A stretch of DNA of 56,081 nt. It comes from a virus (lineage: Duplodnaviria; Caudoviricetes). This document shows positions 27,188 through 35,973 of this stretch, piece after piece (positions within the stretch are counted from its first letter, which is position 1; each line of letters begins with the position of its first letter). Made by a program: the position numbers and the translations under genes. Where the stretch lies: positions 1 through 56,081 of the IMG/VR virus record IMGVR_UViG_3300008267_000119; one strand, 5' to 3'. The notes beneath the pieces were generated by a model. It made no database searches. It was not told where the DNA came from and saw nothing but the letters and a program-made list of their open reading frames with translations.

Positions 27188-28522
27188 TTATTTTAGTGAA
27201 TTGTAATTTGTTCCGTATTTTACTGTAACCTTGAACCCAAATGGCTCTTCTAATAACCTTTTTATCTCTCTTAATACCTCCTTCCCATCATCTCTATGAT
27301 AGTCTACTAATATCGAATCATAAGTATAAAGTAATATACGACTTTTTCTCCCATTAGCCAAATACTCCTGCACTCCCTTAATAGAAGTTACATTATAATA
27401 AGTTTCTCCTGATTGTATCAGGTAATTCAGCAATTTTTGAGGTGTTGGGTTTATAATGTCTTTTGCAAATAATTTTCTCCCTCCTACTAAGGTAAGGTAC
27501 CCTTTAGAATTAAATTCATCCCATAAAAGATCTACAAAGGCTGCTACTTGTTTAAAGAACGGTATGTCTTTGTACTGTTCAAAAACTCCTCCGTATAGTT
27601 GTTTAAATGTTAATTCTTTAGAGGCTTGGTATTCTTCATCTGTTAAAATATCTTTTTTAAAATACATTTGCCCTAAATGGGTATGTATAGAGCCTTTATC
27701 AAACTTGTATCCTATAAATTCACCTAAAATTCTAGGATGGTATGCCTCGTAATCAAATTCAAACAGCATATCATTTTGAGCAATAATTGCTTCCCTTGAG
27801 CCATTAGTTTTATTTAAAGCCGCGAAATTAATATTATTATACGAATTAGTAGGGCGAGAAGTAAAATTATGTAAATTGTATTGAGTATAGATCTTTTCAT
27901 CTTTTATTGAAAAATTAGGATTAGTTGGGTTAAAATGTTCGTTAAAAAGTGGCATATCTAACGCGACACCATGTTTTTCAATGTCATAGTACACTTTAAC
28001 ATAATCATCGTTATAATACGTGCCTATTGCGGGAAGTAGCATTAAATGTTTAATTACACTAAATATAGCTTCTTGAGTATCATAGTGTTTTGGAATTGGG
28101 ATAATAGAATTTAAATAAGGTTTGTTCCCGTAAAGTTGTTTGAAATGAGTGTGTATATTTGTATCAAAATCATGTATATACGGAGGGGTGGTGGATGTGG
28201 ATAGTGACAAAAGTTGTAAATCTTTTACTTTACTATCTAAAAATTCTTCTCCTAATAATTGTGCTGTTACTTTTTTATCTAATACAAAAACATTTTTATG
28301 TTTTAAAATAAATTCTTTCACTTTTTGCTCATCCACAGCGAATGCTTCACTATGGTGAATAGTAAATATTAAACCCTTTGAATCTATTTGTTTAAAGTAG
28401 ATTAGGGAAGTTTGTGTTAGTAAAGGATGATATTGAGATGAAAGTGGGATAACATTTATATAACAATCCCCATAAGGATAAAGTTGAGATAACTGTTCAG
28501 TATTTTCGACTAAGTAAAACAT
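27188..28522 (-). CDS. compact, divergent family A DNA polymerase
   Basis: Motif A FEFDYEAYHPR, motif B SKELTFKQLYG, NYLIQS, motif C YTYDSIL. Confidence 0.8.
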   Translation of the reverse strand: MFYLVENTEQLSQLYPYGDCYINVIPLSSQYHPLLTQTSLIYFKQIDSKGLIFTIHHSEAFAVDEQKVKEFILKHKNVFVLDKKVTAQLLGEEFLDSKVKDLQLLSLSTSTTPPYIHDFDTNIHTHFKQLYGNKPYLNSIIPIPKHYDTQEAIFSVIKHLMLLPAIGTYYNDDYVKVYYDIEKHGVALDMPLFNEHFNPTNPNFSIKDEKIYTQYNLHNFTSRPTNSYNNINFAALNKTNGSREAIIAQNDMLFEFDYEAYHPRILGEFIGYKFDKGSIHTHLGQMYFKKDILTDEEYQASKELTFKQLYGGVFEQYKDIPFFKQVAAFVDLLWDEFNSKGYLTLVGGRKLFAKDIINPTPQKLLNYLIQSGETYYNVTSIKGVQEYLANGRKSRILLYTYDSILVDYHRDDGKEVLREIKRLLEEPFGFKVTVKYGTNYNSLK

Positions 28523-28543
28523 TTGATATAACTTTTATTTTGA

Positions 28544-28576
28544 TTAAATATAAAAAGGCTCCCTATGGGAGCCAAA
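28544..28576 (-). promoter_or_regulatory. terminator hairpin plus promoter TTTG-N20-TATATTTA upstream of the polymerase
   Basis: TTTGGCTCCCATAGGGAGCCTTTTTATATTTAA. Confidence 0.7.
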
Positions 28577-28593
28577 TTTATTGTTTTAAGATT

Positions 28594-29457
28594 TTATCTA
28601 AATAATTGTTTAGTAAAATGATCTTCAACTTCGTCTCTATATTCCTCCATGGATGGGTTCATTTTAAGAAAATCTTCAAGTGCTTTTTCTGCTTTTTTAT
28701 GTTCCTCGGTATGATGAGATGCTCCACTCATATCTGCTTTTTTTCCTAATCTCATTTCATTACCCACAAGAGTATGTAATTGTTTTCTAAGATTTTCTTC
28801 ATTTTCTTCTAATGAAGCAGCTTTAAATTGAGATAAAGGGAATACGAAATCTCCTTTTTCATTTTTATTTCCTTCTCCATTCCATACTTTGAATTCTTTA
28901 CCTCCTACAACAACTGCTTCTAATCTACCTTTTAAACCTTGTTTAAATTGAGATAAGAAAGATGATGTTTGAGCAGGGCCAAATTCTGAACTTGAGTTTG
29001 CTTTTTCAATATCGAAATATCCTCTAAGTTTACCGTATAATTCTTTATAATTAGTAGCACCACCTCTACCTCTTTCAACTGAAGTTAAAGCAATTACTGC
29101 TTCTGGAGATATTAATAATTGGTCCCCTAACATTCTGAAATGGTTAGATAAAGCTGTGAAAAGTTTATTTGGTACTACCCCGTTAGTAGGGATAAATCTT
29201 TTACCCCCACTTCCACCTTTTTGGAAATTAAAACGAACATCTTCTTTTATTAATTTAGCAGAAAAGGCTCTAGCCAATCTAGAAGCATCTTTTTTTACTT
29301 TAGCTATAGCTTCTTTTTCAGAAGTTGCTTTTACTTTTTCTTCGTAATCAACATCATCATCATTTTTAATTACATAATAAGTAACAAGATATTCCTTTTC
29401 TTCAGTATTTTCAACTAAGATTTGATCTAAAATATTTTTTAATTTAATAGTGCTCAT
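28594..29457 (-). CDS. hypothetical protein, probably late-expressed and modular
   Basis: ATATTTAT motif upstream; N-terminus IKLKNIL. Confidence 0.75.
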   Translation of the reverse strand: MSTIKLKNILDQILVENTEEKEYLVTYYVIKNDDDVDYEEKVKATSEKEAIAKVKKDASRLARAFSAKLIKEDVRFNFQKGGSGGKRFIPTNGVVPNKLFTALSNHFRMLGDQLLISPEAVIALTSVERGRGGATNYKELYGKLRGYFDIEKANSSSEFGPAQTSSFLSQFKQGLKGRLEAVVVGGKEFKVWNGEGNKNEKGDFVFPLSQFKAASLEENEENLRKQLHTLVGNEMRLGKKADMSGASHHTEEHKKAEKALEDFLKMNPSMEEYRDEVEDHFTKQLFR

Positions 29458-29483
29458 TTTATTGTGTTTTATTGATATAAATA

Positions 29484-30098
29484 TTATGTGGGCTTAGAAA
29501 ATTGAGTTAAATTGGTTAGATATTGTTTTATACCTATAAAATTTTTCTCAGCTTGATCTAATACTCTTTGATTAGTGTCTACTATTCCAGCTCTTGTGGT
29601 TATATTGTTTGTCCTTTCGTTACGAAGTGGACCTGATATTTGCCAGAATATTGAAATTGATTTCCATAAGGCATAATTGTCTTTAGTGGTATTATTTTGG
29701 AAGGCCTCATAAGTTGTTTTATCGATTTCCATTATTCTAAATGTAGTACCATTCTTTTGTCTAGCCAAGTATCTTGTAATTTTCCCAGCTTTATAATCGG
29801 CTTCAGTTGGTGAAGGAGTAAAAGGTGTAGGATTTATTAGGTTAATACTTAAATTAGAATTTAAAGAATTATATTCAATCTTTTTAATAGTATCTGAATC
29901 TAAATTCACATTAACCACATTTAAAGGAGTAGAAATTAATGGGATAGAGTTACCCGATGTAGGGCTTACTCCGGTAAATGATTCTCCCTTAAAAGTAGTA
30001 TAATAAGGGCCAGAATATGATTTTCCATCAGGGGTTTTAAACTGACCTGGGTTGGCTTTTTGGTTGGTTAGTATTCGTGATTTTGGAAAGTATTTCAT
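29484..30098 (-). CDS. putative virion / baseplate-associated protein
   Basis: Last gene of the baseplate operon; PTEADYKAGKITRY. Confidence 0.6.
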   Translation of the reverse strand: MKYFPKSRILTNQKANPGQFKTPDGKSYSGPYYTTFKGESFTGVSPTSGNSIPLISTPLNVVNVNLDSDTIKKIEYNSLNSNLSINLINPTPFTPSPTEADYKAGKITRYLARQKNGTTFRIMEIDKTTYEAFQNNTTKDNYALWKSISIFWQISGPLRNERTNNITTRAGIVDTNQRVLDQAEKNFIGIKQYLTNLTQFSKPT

Positions 30099-30099
30099 T

Positions 30100-31170
30100 T
30101 TATTTTACTGTTACTCCTGTGGCTTTTGCTATTTTATACCCTGTTTGTTGAATTAAAGATGCTCCTGTTGGCCCCAAATTTTTTCCTGTTCCTAGAGTAT
30201 AAGCTGTTTTACCACCATTAATTCTTTCTTGTGTTATAACTGTTAAAAGCTGTTCTGAGGTTTTATACCCACGTTTATAATAGCTATTAAGTAATTTTGA
30301 GAATCCAGCAAACCATCCACTTCCATTCCATGAGGCATAGACCATATGGTAGAATAATCTTCCATCAGATTCCACTAAGGTTTTTACTTGTGGATCTAAA
30401 TATTTATCTCTCCATTTTTCATAGTTAGGTTTTTGGATTTGTACTGTTAAGTTAAATAAATCAGTTTTAATTGGGTCTTTAGGAACATATAACCAAGGCC
30501 AATTTTCACGGGCATTATTATCATCCATAATTTTCCAAAATCTTACACAAGCGTTGCATGAACCATTTCTTAACCTATCTACACCAAACATAGTTTCTCC
30601 ACTAGTTGCATATCGGGAATCACTATTACCACCACCATTATAATATCCTCCTTCAAGGTTAATAATAACAGCTTTAGCAGCTTGGGCAAATGTGTTCATT
30701 TCCTTAGTTACTGTAACCGGTGGATCTGGTGGGTTTTTATTTACTTTATTACCTATATTTTTATACTTAGACATAGAGTTCTGATTAGCTTGAGCATCTT
30801 TGATTACTTTCTTCTCAGCATCTGTCATAGGCTCAAATCTAATATTAAGAGTTTGACCTGTTATCTTAGTAGTCCATTTATTATTATTAAAATTTTGGTC
30901 AATTGTATGTAAAATAAAAGCTATTTTACTTAATCCCTTATCAGGACCATCTTGAATTATATAAGAACTAGGTAATGAATCTTCAGGAATTACAAAGGCA
31001 GAGTGAGGTATTATTCCACTTAACCCATCCATTTCTAAACTAAAATCTAGAGGTAATATAACATCACCAGTGAAGGCATTATCATCTCCGGATTTTAAAG
31101 GGTCGGAGTATATTTCTCTGTAGGTGTTTAAGCAAGAGTCTAATTTATCTGTGTTAAATTTTAAAGCCAT
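30100..31170 (-). CDS. baseplate hub C-terminal part fused to a GH108-like lysozyme domain
   Basis: LPLDFSLEMDGLSGI...WTTKITG followed by LEGGYY...SGETMFGVDR. Confidence 0.6.
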   Translation of the reverse strand: MALKFNTDKLDSCLNTYREIYSDPLKSGDDNAFTGDVILPLDFSLEMDGLSGIIPHSAFVIPEDSLPSSYIIQDGPDKGLSKIAFILHTIDQNFNNNKWTTKITGQTLNIRFEPMTDAEKKVIKDAQANQNSMSKYKNIGNKVNKNPPDPPVTVTKEMNTFAQAAKAVIINLEGGYYNGGGNSDSRYATSGETMFGVDRLRNGSCNACVRFWKIMDDNNARENWPWLYVPKDPIKTDLFNLTVQIQKPNYEKWRDKYLDPQVKTLVESDGRLFYHMVYASWNGSGWFAGFSKLLNSYYKRGYKTSEQLLTVITQERINGGKTAYTLGTGKNLGPTGASLIQQTGYKIAKATGVTVK

Positions 31171-31182
31171 ATGTTGTATTTT

Positions 31183-33348
31183 TTATATTCTAGGCCCGGT
31201 GAATGTTACAGTTCCATCAGAATTACGAATTTCATCTGCAACTCCACTTGCTTGTAAAGTTGCATTAGTAGCTGCTGTTTGGGCTGAAGATTGAGCAGCT
31301 GCTGTTTCTTCTTCAGTTTTAGCTCCCCCAATTCCATCGTATATTTTTTCTATAAAATCTCTTAATTCAATATATCTTTGATTAGAACTATCATTAGTTT
31401 TAACATTATTATTAGAATCAGTAGCAGCATCTACCACTACAGTATCTAATCTATTATATAGCCCTTTATTTAAGTGGGAAAAAGATAAGGCATTTTCTGC
31501 CCCCTGCACTCCATAAGGTTGGGCTTGAGCTGCTATAACTATCATTGCAGCTGTGTTAGGTGCAATTTTTGAAGTATAGTTAAAATTATATGCTAAACTT
31601 TTTGTACCCAATACTGGGATCTGGGTGTATGAAGGTATATTTTGTGTTGGGCTTGATACTTTCCTATCATCTAATATTCTTATACATCTTGAATCATCAT
31701 CGGGTACTATTCTAAATTCATTGTACCCTCCAGTAGCTTTAGAGATTCCATCTAATATATCTTTTAAGAAATCTATAAGATTAACATTTCCTCTTTGATC
31801 TGCAGTTCTCCATTTTTTTAATATACCTGCTACCCAATCTATATTTACTAAAGTCCACATAAATCTTCCTCCAGTACCATTATCATCAAACCAATTAAAG
31901 TTTTTCTTTATATCTTCAAAGGTTTGAGAAGTTATTCCAAAAGGCAATTTATTTGAACCTATTAAACATACTGAGGGGTCTAATGAACAATGTCCAGGGA
32001 ATGTGTAGCACCTGTTTGTTTCAGCGTTTACATCTATATAAATGTATGGGCGTTGTTGGGTTCTATCTTCTCCTTCGTTTCTATGGAATAGCATTCCGTT
32101 AGATAAAGTTAAAAGTAATAAATGACCTAAAGTGATGTAAACTTGTTCTAAACCTTTAGAACTTATATCATTAGCATTTAATGATTCTCCATTAATCTCA
32201 TACCCCATAATTAATCTTCCAAAAAATGTAGAAGGGTATAAAAGAGGAGGAACATCAGAATCTATATCACCTTCAGTATTTTCACTTATACCAGGTTTAT
32301 TTATTAAACGATAATGATACCCCTTACGTTGCAATTCTGTATTATAATCCCAACTAGTTCCTAACCAATAACTTAAATTACCAAGAAAGGGTTCTATAGA
32401 TGATAGATATTCAGGTGTGGTTTCAATTTTAAAATTAATATTTTCCCCACTTGTTACATCTTTAGAATAAATGTTATATAAAGCAGAATTTAATAAAGAT
32501 TGATTTTGATCTGCTACTACAGGATAAACTGAGGATGTTATTTGGGATTGTTCAACAGTTGAATTAGCTTTACTAGGGAACTCTCCTGATAGATTAATTT
32601 TTAATGATTCTAAAATATCTCCGGCTCCAACTAATTGGACTTGGCATTTAAATGAACCATTATCGGCTAATGAATATGTAAAGTTTTTAATTGTACCCCA
32701 AGTAGCATCATAATTTCCACTATGTTGTATCCTATGGGCTGTAATTTTTTCCATTAATTCTTCTTTGGTCTTAATTCCATAGAAGGGAAGAGGAGTAGGA
32801 ACATTTTCAATCTTTTCAGTGTCATTATCTATATAAAAGGTATGACCCCATTCTACTAAAAGCCCAAATCCAAGTTTCATATAAAGAGCTTCCATTATAT
32901 TAAGTTGCTCCATGTTATAACAAACAAAATCAATAGTAGTTTCTTTTAATGTACCTAATTTACCACCGGTTTTAATGGATATTCCAGTTATACCGGGCAT
33001 TGGTTTATATCCAAAACTTTCACTTCCTCCTATCCCATAAGCACCATCAGAACTTAATCCTGAACGAAGATTGAATTTAGTAGGACCCTCAGTATGATCT
33101 ATAAGACCAGCTTGTAATATGTACTTTTTAGATAAGGCATCACCATGTAATCCCCCAAATTTGTTATTATCATACTTAACATTAACCCCAGAACTTACTC
33201 TTATCCAAACATTTTTATTGGTAAGCCATTGTAATTCTTGTGAGCTTCTATTTTCGGTATTAACAAGTTGTTTTCGTTTTTCTATTTGGGTTGCAACATA
33301 AGGTTGAAAAGGAGAACCTGCTATGTTAGTATAATCTAAACTAGCCAT
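31183..33348 (-). CDS. baseplate hub-like protein
   Basis: PMPGITGISIK...LLVEWG; position after LysM and tube-initiator genes. Confidence 0.6.
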   Translation of the reverse strand: MASLDYTNIAGSPFQPYVATQIEKRKQLVNTENRSSQELQWLTNKNVWIRVSSGVNVKYDNNKFGGLHGDALSKKYILQAGLIDHTEGPTKFNLRSGLSSDGAYGIGGSESFGYKPMPGITGISIKTGGKLGTLKETTIDFVCYNMEQLNIMEALYMKLGFGLLVEWGHTFYIDNDTEKIENVPTPLPFYGIKTKEELMEKITAHRIQHSGNYDATWGTIKNFTYSLADNGSFKCQVQLVGAGDILESLKINLSGEFPSKANSTVEQSQITSSVYPVVADQNQSLLNSALYNIYSKDVTSGENINFKIETTPEYLSSIEPFLGNLSYWLGTSWDYNTELQRKGYHYRLINKPGISENTEGDIDSDVPPLLYPSTFFGRLIMGYEINGESLNANDISSKGLEQVYITLGHLLLLTLSNGMLFHRNEGEDRTQQRPYIYIDVNAETNRCYTFPGHCSLDPSVCLIGSNKLPFGITSQTFEDIKKNFNWFDDNGTGGRFMWTLVNIDWVAGILKKWRTADQRGNVNLIDFLKDILDGISKATGGYNEFRIVPDDDSRCIRILDDRKVSSPTQNIPSYTQIPVLGTKSLAYNFNYTSKIAPNTAAMIVIAAQAQPYGVQGAENALSFSHLNKGLYNRLDTVVVDAATDSNNNVKTNDSSNQRYIELRDFIEKIYDGIGGAKTEEETAAAQSSAQTAATNATLQASGVADEIRNSDGTVTFTGPRI

Positions 33349-33352
33349 AACT

Positions 33353-33673
33353 TTATATATTATTTGATTGATTGTATTTCATTAGCATATCTGATAGATT
33401 CTTAGGGATTCTCAAATATACCCCCTGTGGTGGAAATATAGAATCCCCTGCTAAATTATTAACCATAGCTATAACCCACCATAAAGTAGCGTCTCCATAG
33501 AAATCATGAGCAATATTATCCAACCTATCAGTAGTACCAGTCAAGATGTAGTTATCATCTGCTTGAGCCTCAATATTAGGATAATATGTTGGTTTATACA
33601 TGGTTTTACCTGATGTGGAGGTAATACCGGTATCGGATTTCATTGTGGATATAATTTGATATCTACTTGGCAT
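33353..33673 (-). CDS. LysM / tail-X-like baseplate protein
   Basis: DRLDNIAHDFYGDATLWWVIAMVN...LRIP. Confidence 0.85.
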   Translation of the reverse strand: MPSRYQIISTMKSDTGITSTSGKTMYKPTYYPNIEAQADDNYILTGTTDRLDNIAHDFYGDATLWWVIAMVNNLAGDSIFPPQGVYLRIPKNLSDMLMKYNQSNNI

Positions 33674-33724
33674 AATTTATGTTTTTATATAAATATGCAA
33701 GATAAAAAAGGCTCCTAATGGAGC

Positions 33725-35647
33725 CTATTCAGAGAATTCAAAATCTTTTCTAGATAAATAGTTATTAGCTACTTTATCAGAAATTATTATTGGTTCTTTA
33801 AGACCTTTTTGGGGTAATTTATCCATTATAGGTTTAAAGCTCATTTGAATTTTTAATATTTGTGGAACTTCCATTTGGAGTTGATCACCTGTAAGATTGT
33901 TATCACTATTTTGTTGTCTTAATTCAGGTTGACTCATTTTAATCTCCCAAGGGTAATTATCTTCTACGCTTATATTCATAGAGGTGATAACACCAGGTGT
34001 TCTATAAAAGTATTCTCCTATAGTTAATTTATGGATAGTACCTCTCATAAAACCTTGACCACTATAATCTGGGAGTAAGGTAGATGCTAAGTAGTTTACT
34101 TTTTGGTAAATTTTTTCCATTTCCTGGACAGATTGAGCTGCTACCACAAAAGTAAATCCTACTTCTCTGGTAAATCCTTGATAAGTGTAAAAGTTTTCAC
34201 CTCTACCCATATATCTTTGGGCATTCCATTCGGCTCCTATATTGTCAGAGAAGTTAGTAATATATGCTCTAAAATGCATTCTATTAGTTTCATCAGGATA
34301 ACCATTGTCTATGGATTCTATACAGAATTTAATTAAATCTCTAACTGAGGGGTCATCATCTTCAACAGGCTGATCAATATTTCTTCTGTAGATAGGAGAC
34401 ATATTAATTTGATCTTGGGTTTGGTTTGTAGAAAGTTGATAAAAATTATTTCGTTCATCACTCTTTCTAGTTCCAGGACTACCAACTCCAATTCTAGATT
34501 CTATATTATACCCATTTCCGTCAGGACCCCCTGTTGTATAACCAACAGTAGAAGCTAAAGCTGAAGCATCTGTTTTAGATCTAAAATCTTGTAAATCATA
34601 TCCAGGCCCAGAAATAGCTTTAGAGGATAATAACTTACTATAAGCCATAGTATTACTAAAATAATGGATATCTCCTGGATAAGTGTGTGGATCCGAGTCA
34701 GGATTCTTTTCGGGTCTTATAAAAGATGGAGAAGATTGTTGAATTAAAGTGTTTCTACTTGGGTCTCCTACAATTACAATACTATTAAAATCAGTAGATA
34801 ATTCTGGTATTTTAGAATTCAAGATGTATTTTGTAAGACTAGAATATCTACTATTAACTCCCTCAAAATCAGTTTTTGAGAAAAAATTAAATCCTGGAGT
34901 GTAAGTCTTATTGTAAAATGGTCCTTCTTTAAAATTATTAAAAGAAGTTGAGGTATTTATAGAAACTCCCTTAAAGTCAGTTGCTTTAAATATAGTTGTA
35001 TTACCATCTCCATACAATGAATCTGGTCCCATTTCATAGTCAAATAATATATTATCACTATTAGTTGCAATTCCTAATTTGGTTGCAGCATCTAAAGAAT
35101 TGATTATGTTATCTGTATTAGAATTTAACTTTAAATTAAATAAAGTAACTAATCTATTATTATTTGATTCTTTATGGGATACAATGTATTCGTATTTGTT
35201 TTGTAAACCATCAGGTCCTAATTCGTTTGCATTAGATCCAGCTCTTGGTATATGAATACCAGTACCTTGTTCAAATACTTGTGCTAATAAATTAGCATTT
35301 AAGTTATAGGTTTGGGTATTTAACCTAGAAGTTCTACCTCCGGTTTCTATTCTTGGATTTGATTTTTGTAATCCTACTTGTTTAGCAGTAAATATAGACC
35401 CCTTGGGAAAATCAGTTAAAAAACGTGATATTCTTACAGAGTCTTCAGTAGATGCTATAGTCGAGTATTTCCCACCCCTTAATGGCCAATCCGCGCTTGC
35501 TCTTGCGATACCAGCAAGATATTCACCCTCAGGTGAATCCTCTGGTAATCCTGGTTTTATGTAAGGAAGACCACTAGAGCCTCCTCCCTGAACATCGTTT
35601 CCGAATCTTAGAGATTTTAGATTGGTTTTGAGGTTAATTATACCCAT
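33725..35647 (-). CDS. baseplate / tail tube initiator-like protein
   Basis: C-terminal FRAYITNFSD...YMGRGENFYTYQGFTREVGFTF; position after the tape measure gene. Confidence 0.6.
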   Translation of the reverse strand: MGIINLKTNLKSLRFGNDVQGGGSSGLPYIKPGLPEDSPEGEYLAGIARASADWPLRGGKYSTIASTEDSVRISRFLTDFPKGSIFTAKQVGLQKSNPRIETGGRTSRLNTQTYNLNANLLAQVFEQGTGIHIPRAGSNANELGPDGLQNKYEYIVSHKESNNNRLVTLFNLKLNSNTDNIINSLDAATKLGIATNSDNILFDYEMGPDSLYGDGNTTIFKATDFKGVSINTSTSFNNFKEGPFYNKTYTPGFNFFSKTDFEGVNSRYSSLTKYILNSKIPELSTDFNSIVIVGDPSRNTLIQQSSPSFIRPEKNPDSDPHTYPGDIHYFSNTMAYSKLLSSKAISGPGYDLQDFRSKTDASALASTVGYTTGGPDGNGYNIESRIGVGSPGTRKSDERNNFYQLSTNQTQDQINMSPIYRRNIDQPVEDDDPSVRDLIKFCIESIDNGYPDETNRMHFRAYITNFSDNIGAEWNAQRYMGRGENFYTYQGFTREVGFTFVVAAQSVQEMEKIYQKVNYLASTLLPDYSGQGFMRGTIHKLTIGEYFYRTPGVITSMNISVEDNYPWEIKMSQPELRQQNSDNNLTGDQLQMEVPQILKIQMSFKPIMDKLPQKGLKEPIIISDKVANNYLSRKDFEFSE

Positions 35648-35652
35648 TTATT

Positions 35653-35940
35653 TTATTTAGGTAAATTATCACTATAATGATTTCCTGGTGCACTATTGAA
35701 TATGCTAGTGTTAAGAGGGTCTGTTTCTTCTAAACGTGAAGGTACATAAGTTCTAGGTGGTGCTTGTAAACCTTGTACTCCACCTACTACAATTTTAGTC
35801 CCTACATTTGGGTTACCAGTAGTAGAGAATAAATTATGGCGAGTAAATCCTGGTGGGTTAGCATTTACAGTTGAAGGGACAGTTTTCCCACTATATCCTA
35901 AATCGCTCTCTCCGGCATTTAATAAATTAAGTAATCCCAT
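35653..35940 (-). CDS. hypothetical virion protein
   Basis: ATATTTAT motif upstream; structural-gene context. Confidence 0.7.
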   Translation of the reverse strand: MGLLNLLNAGESDLGYSGKTVPSTVNANPPGFTRHNLFSTTGNPNVGTKIVVGGVQGLQAPPRTYVPSRLEETDPLNTSIFNSAPGNHYSDNLPK

Positions 35941-35973
35941 TGTGTTATATTTTAATGTTTATAATAAATATTG

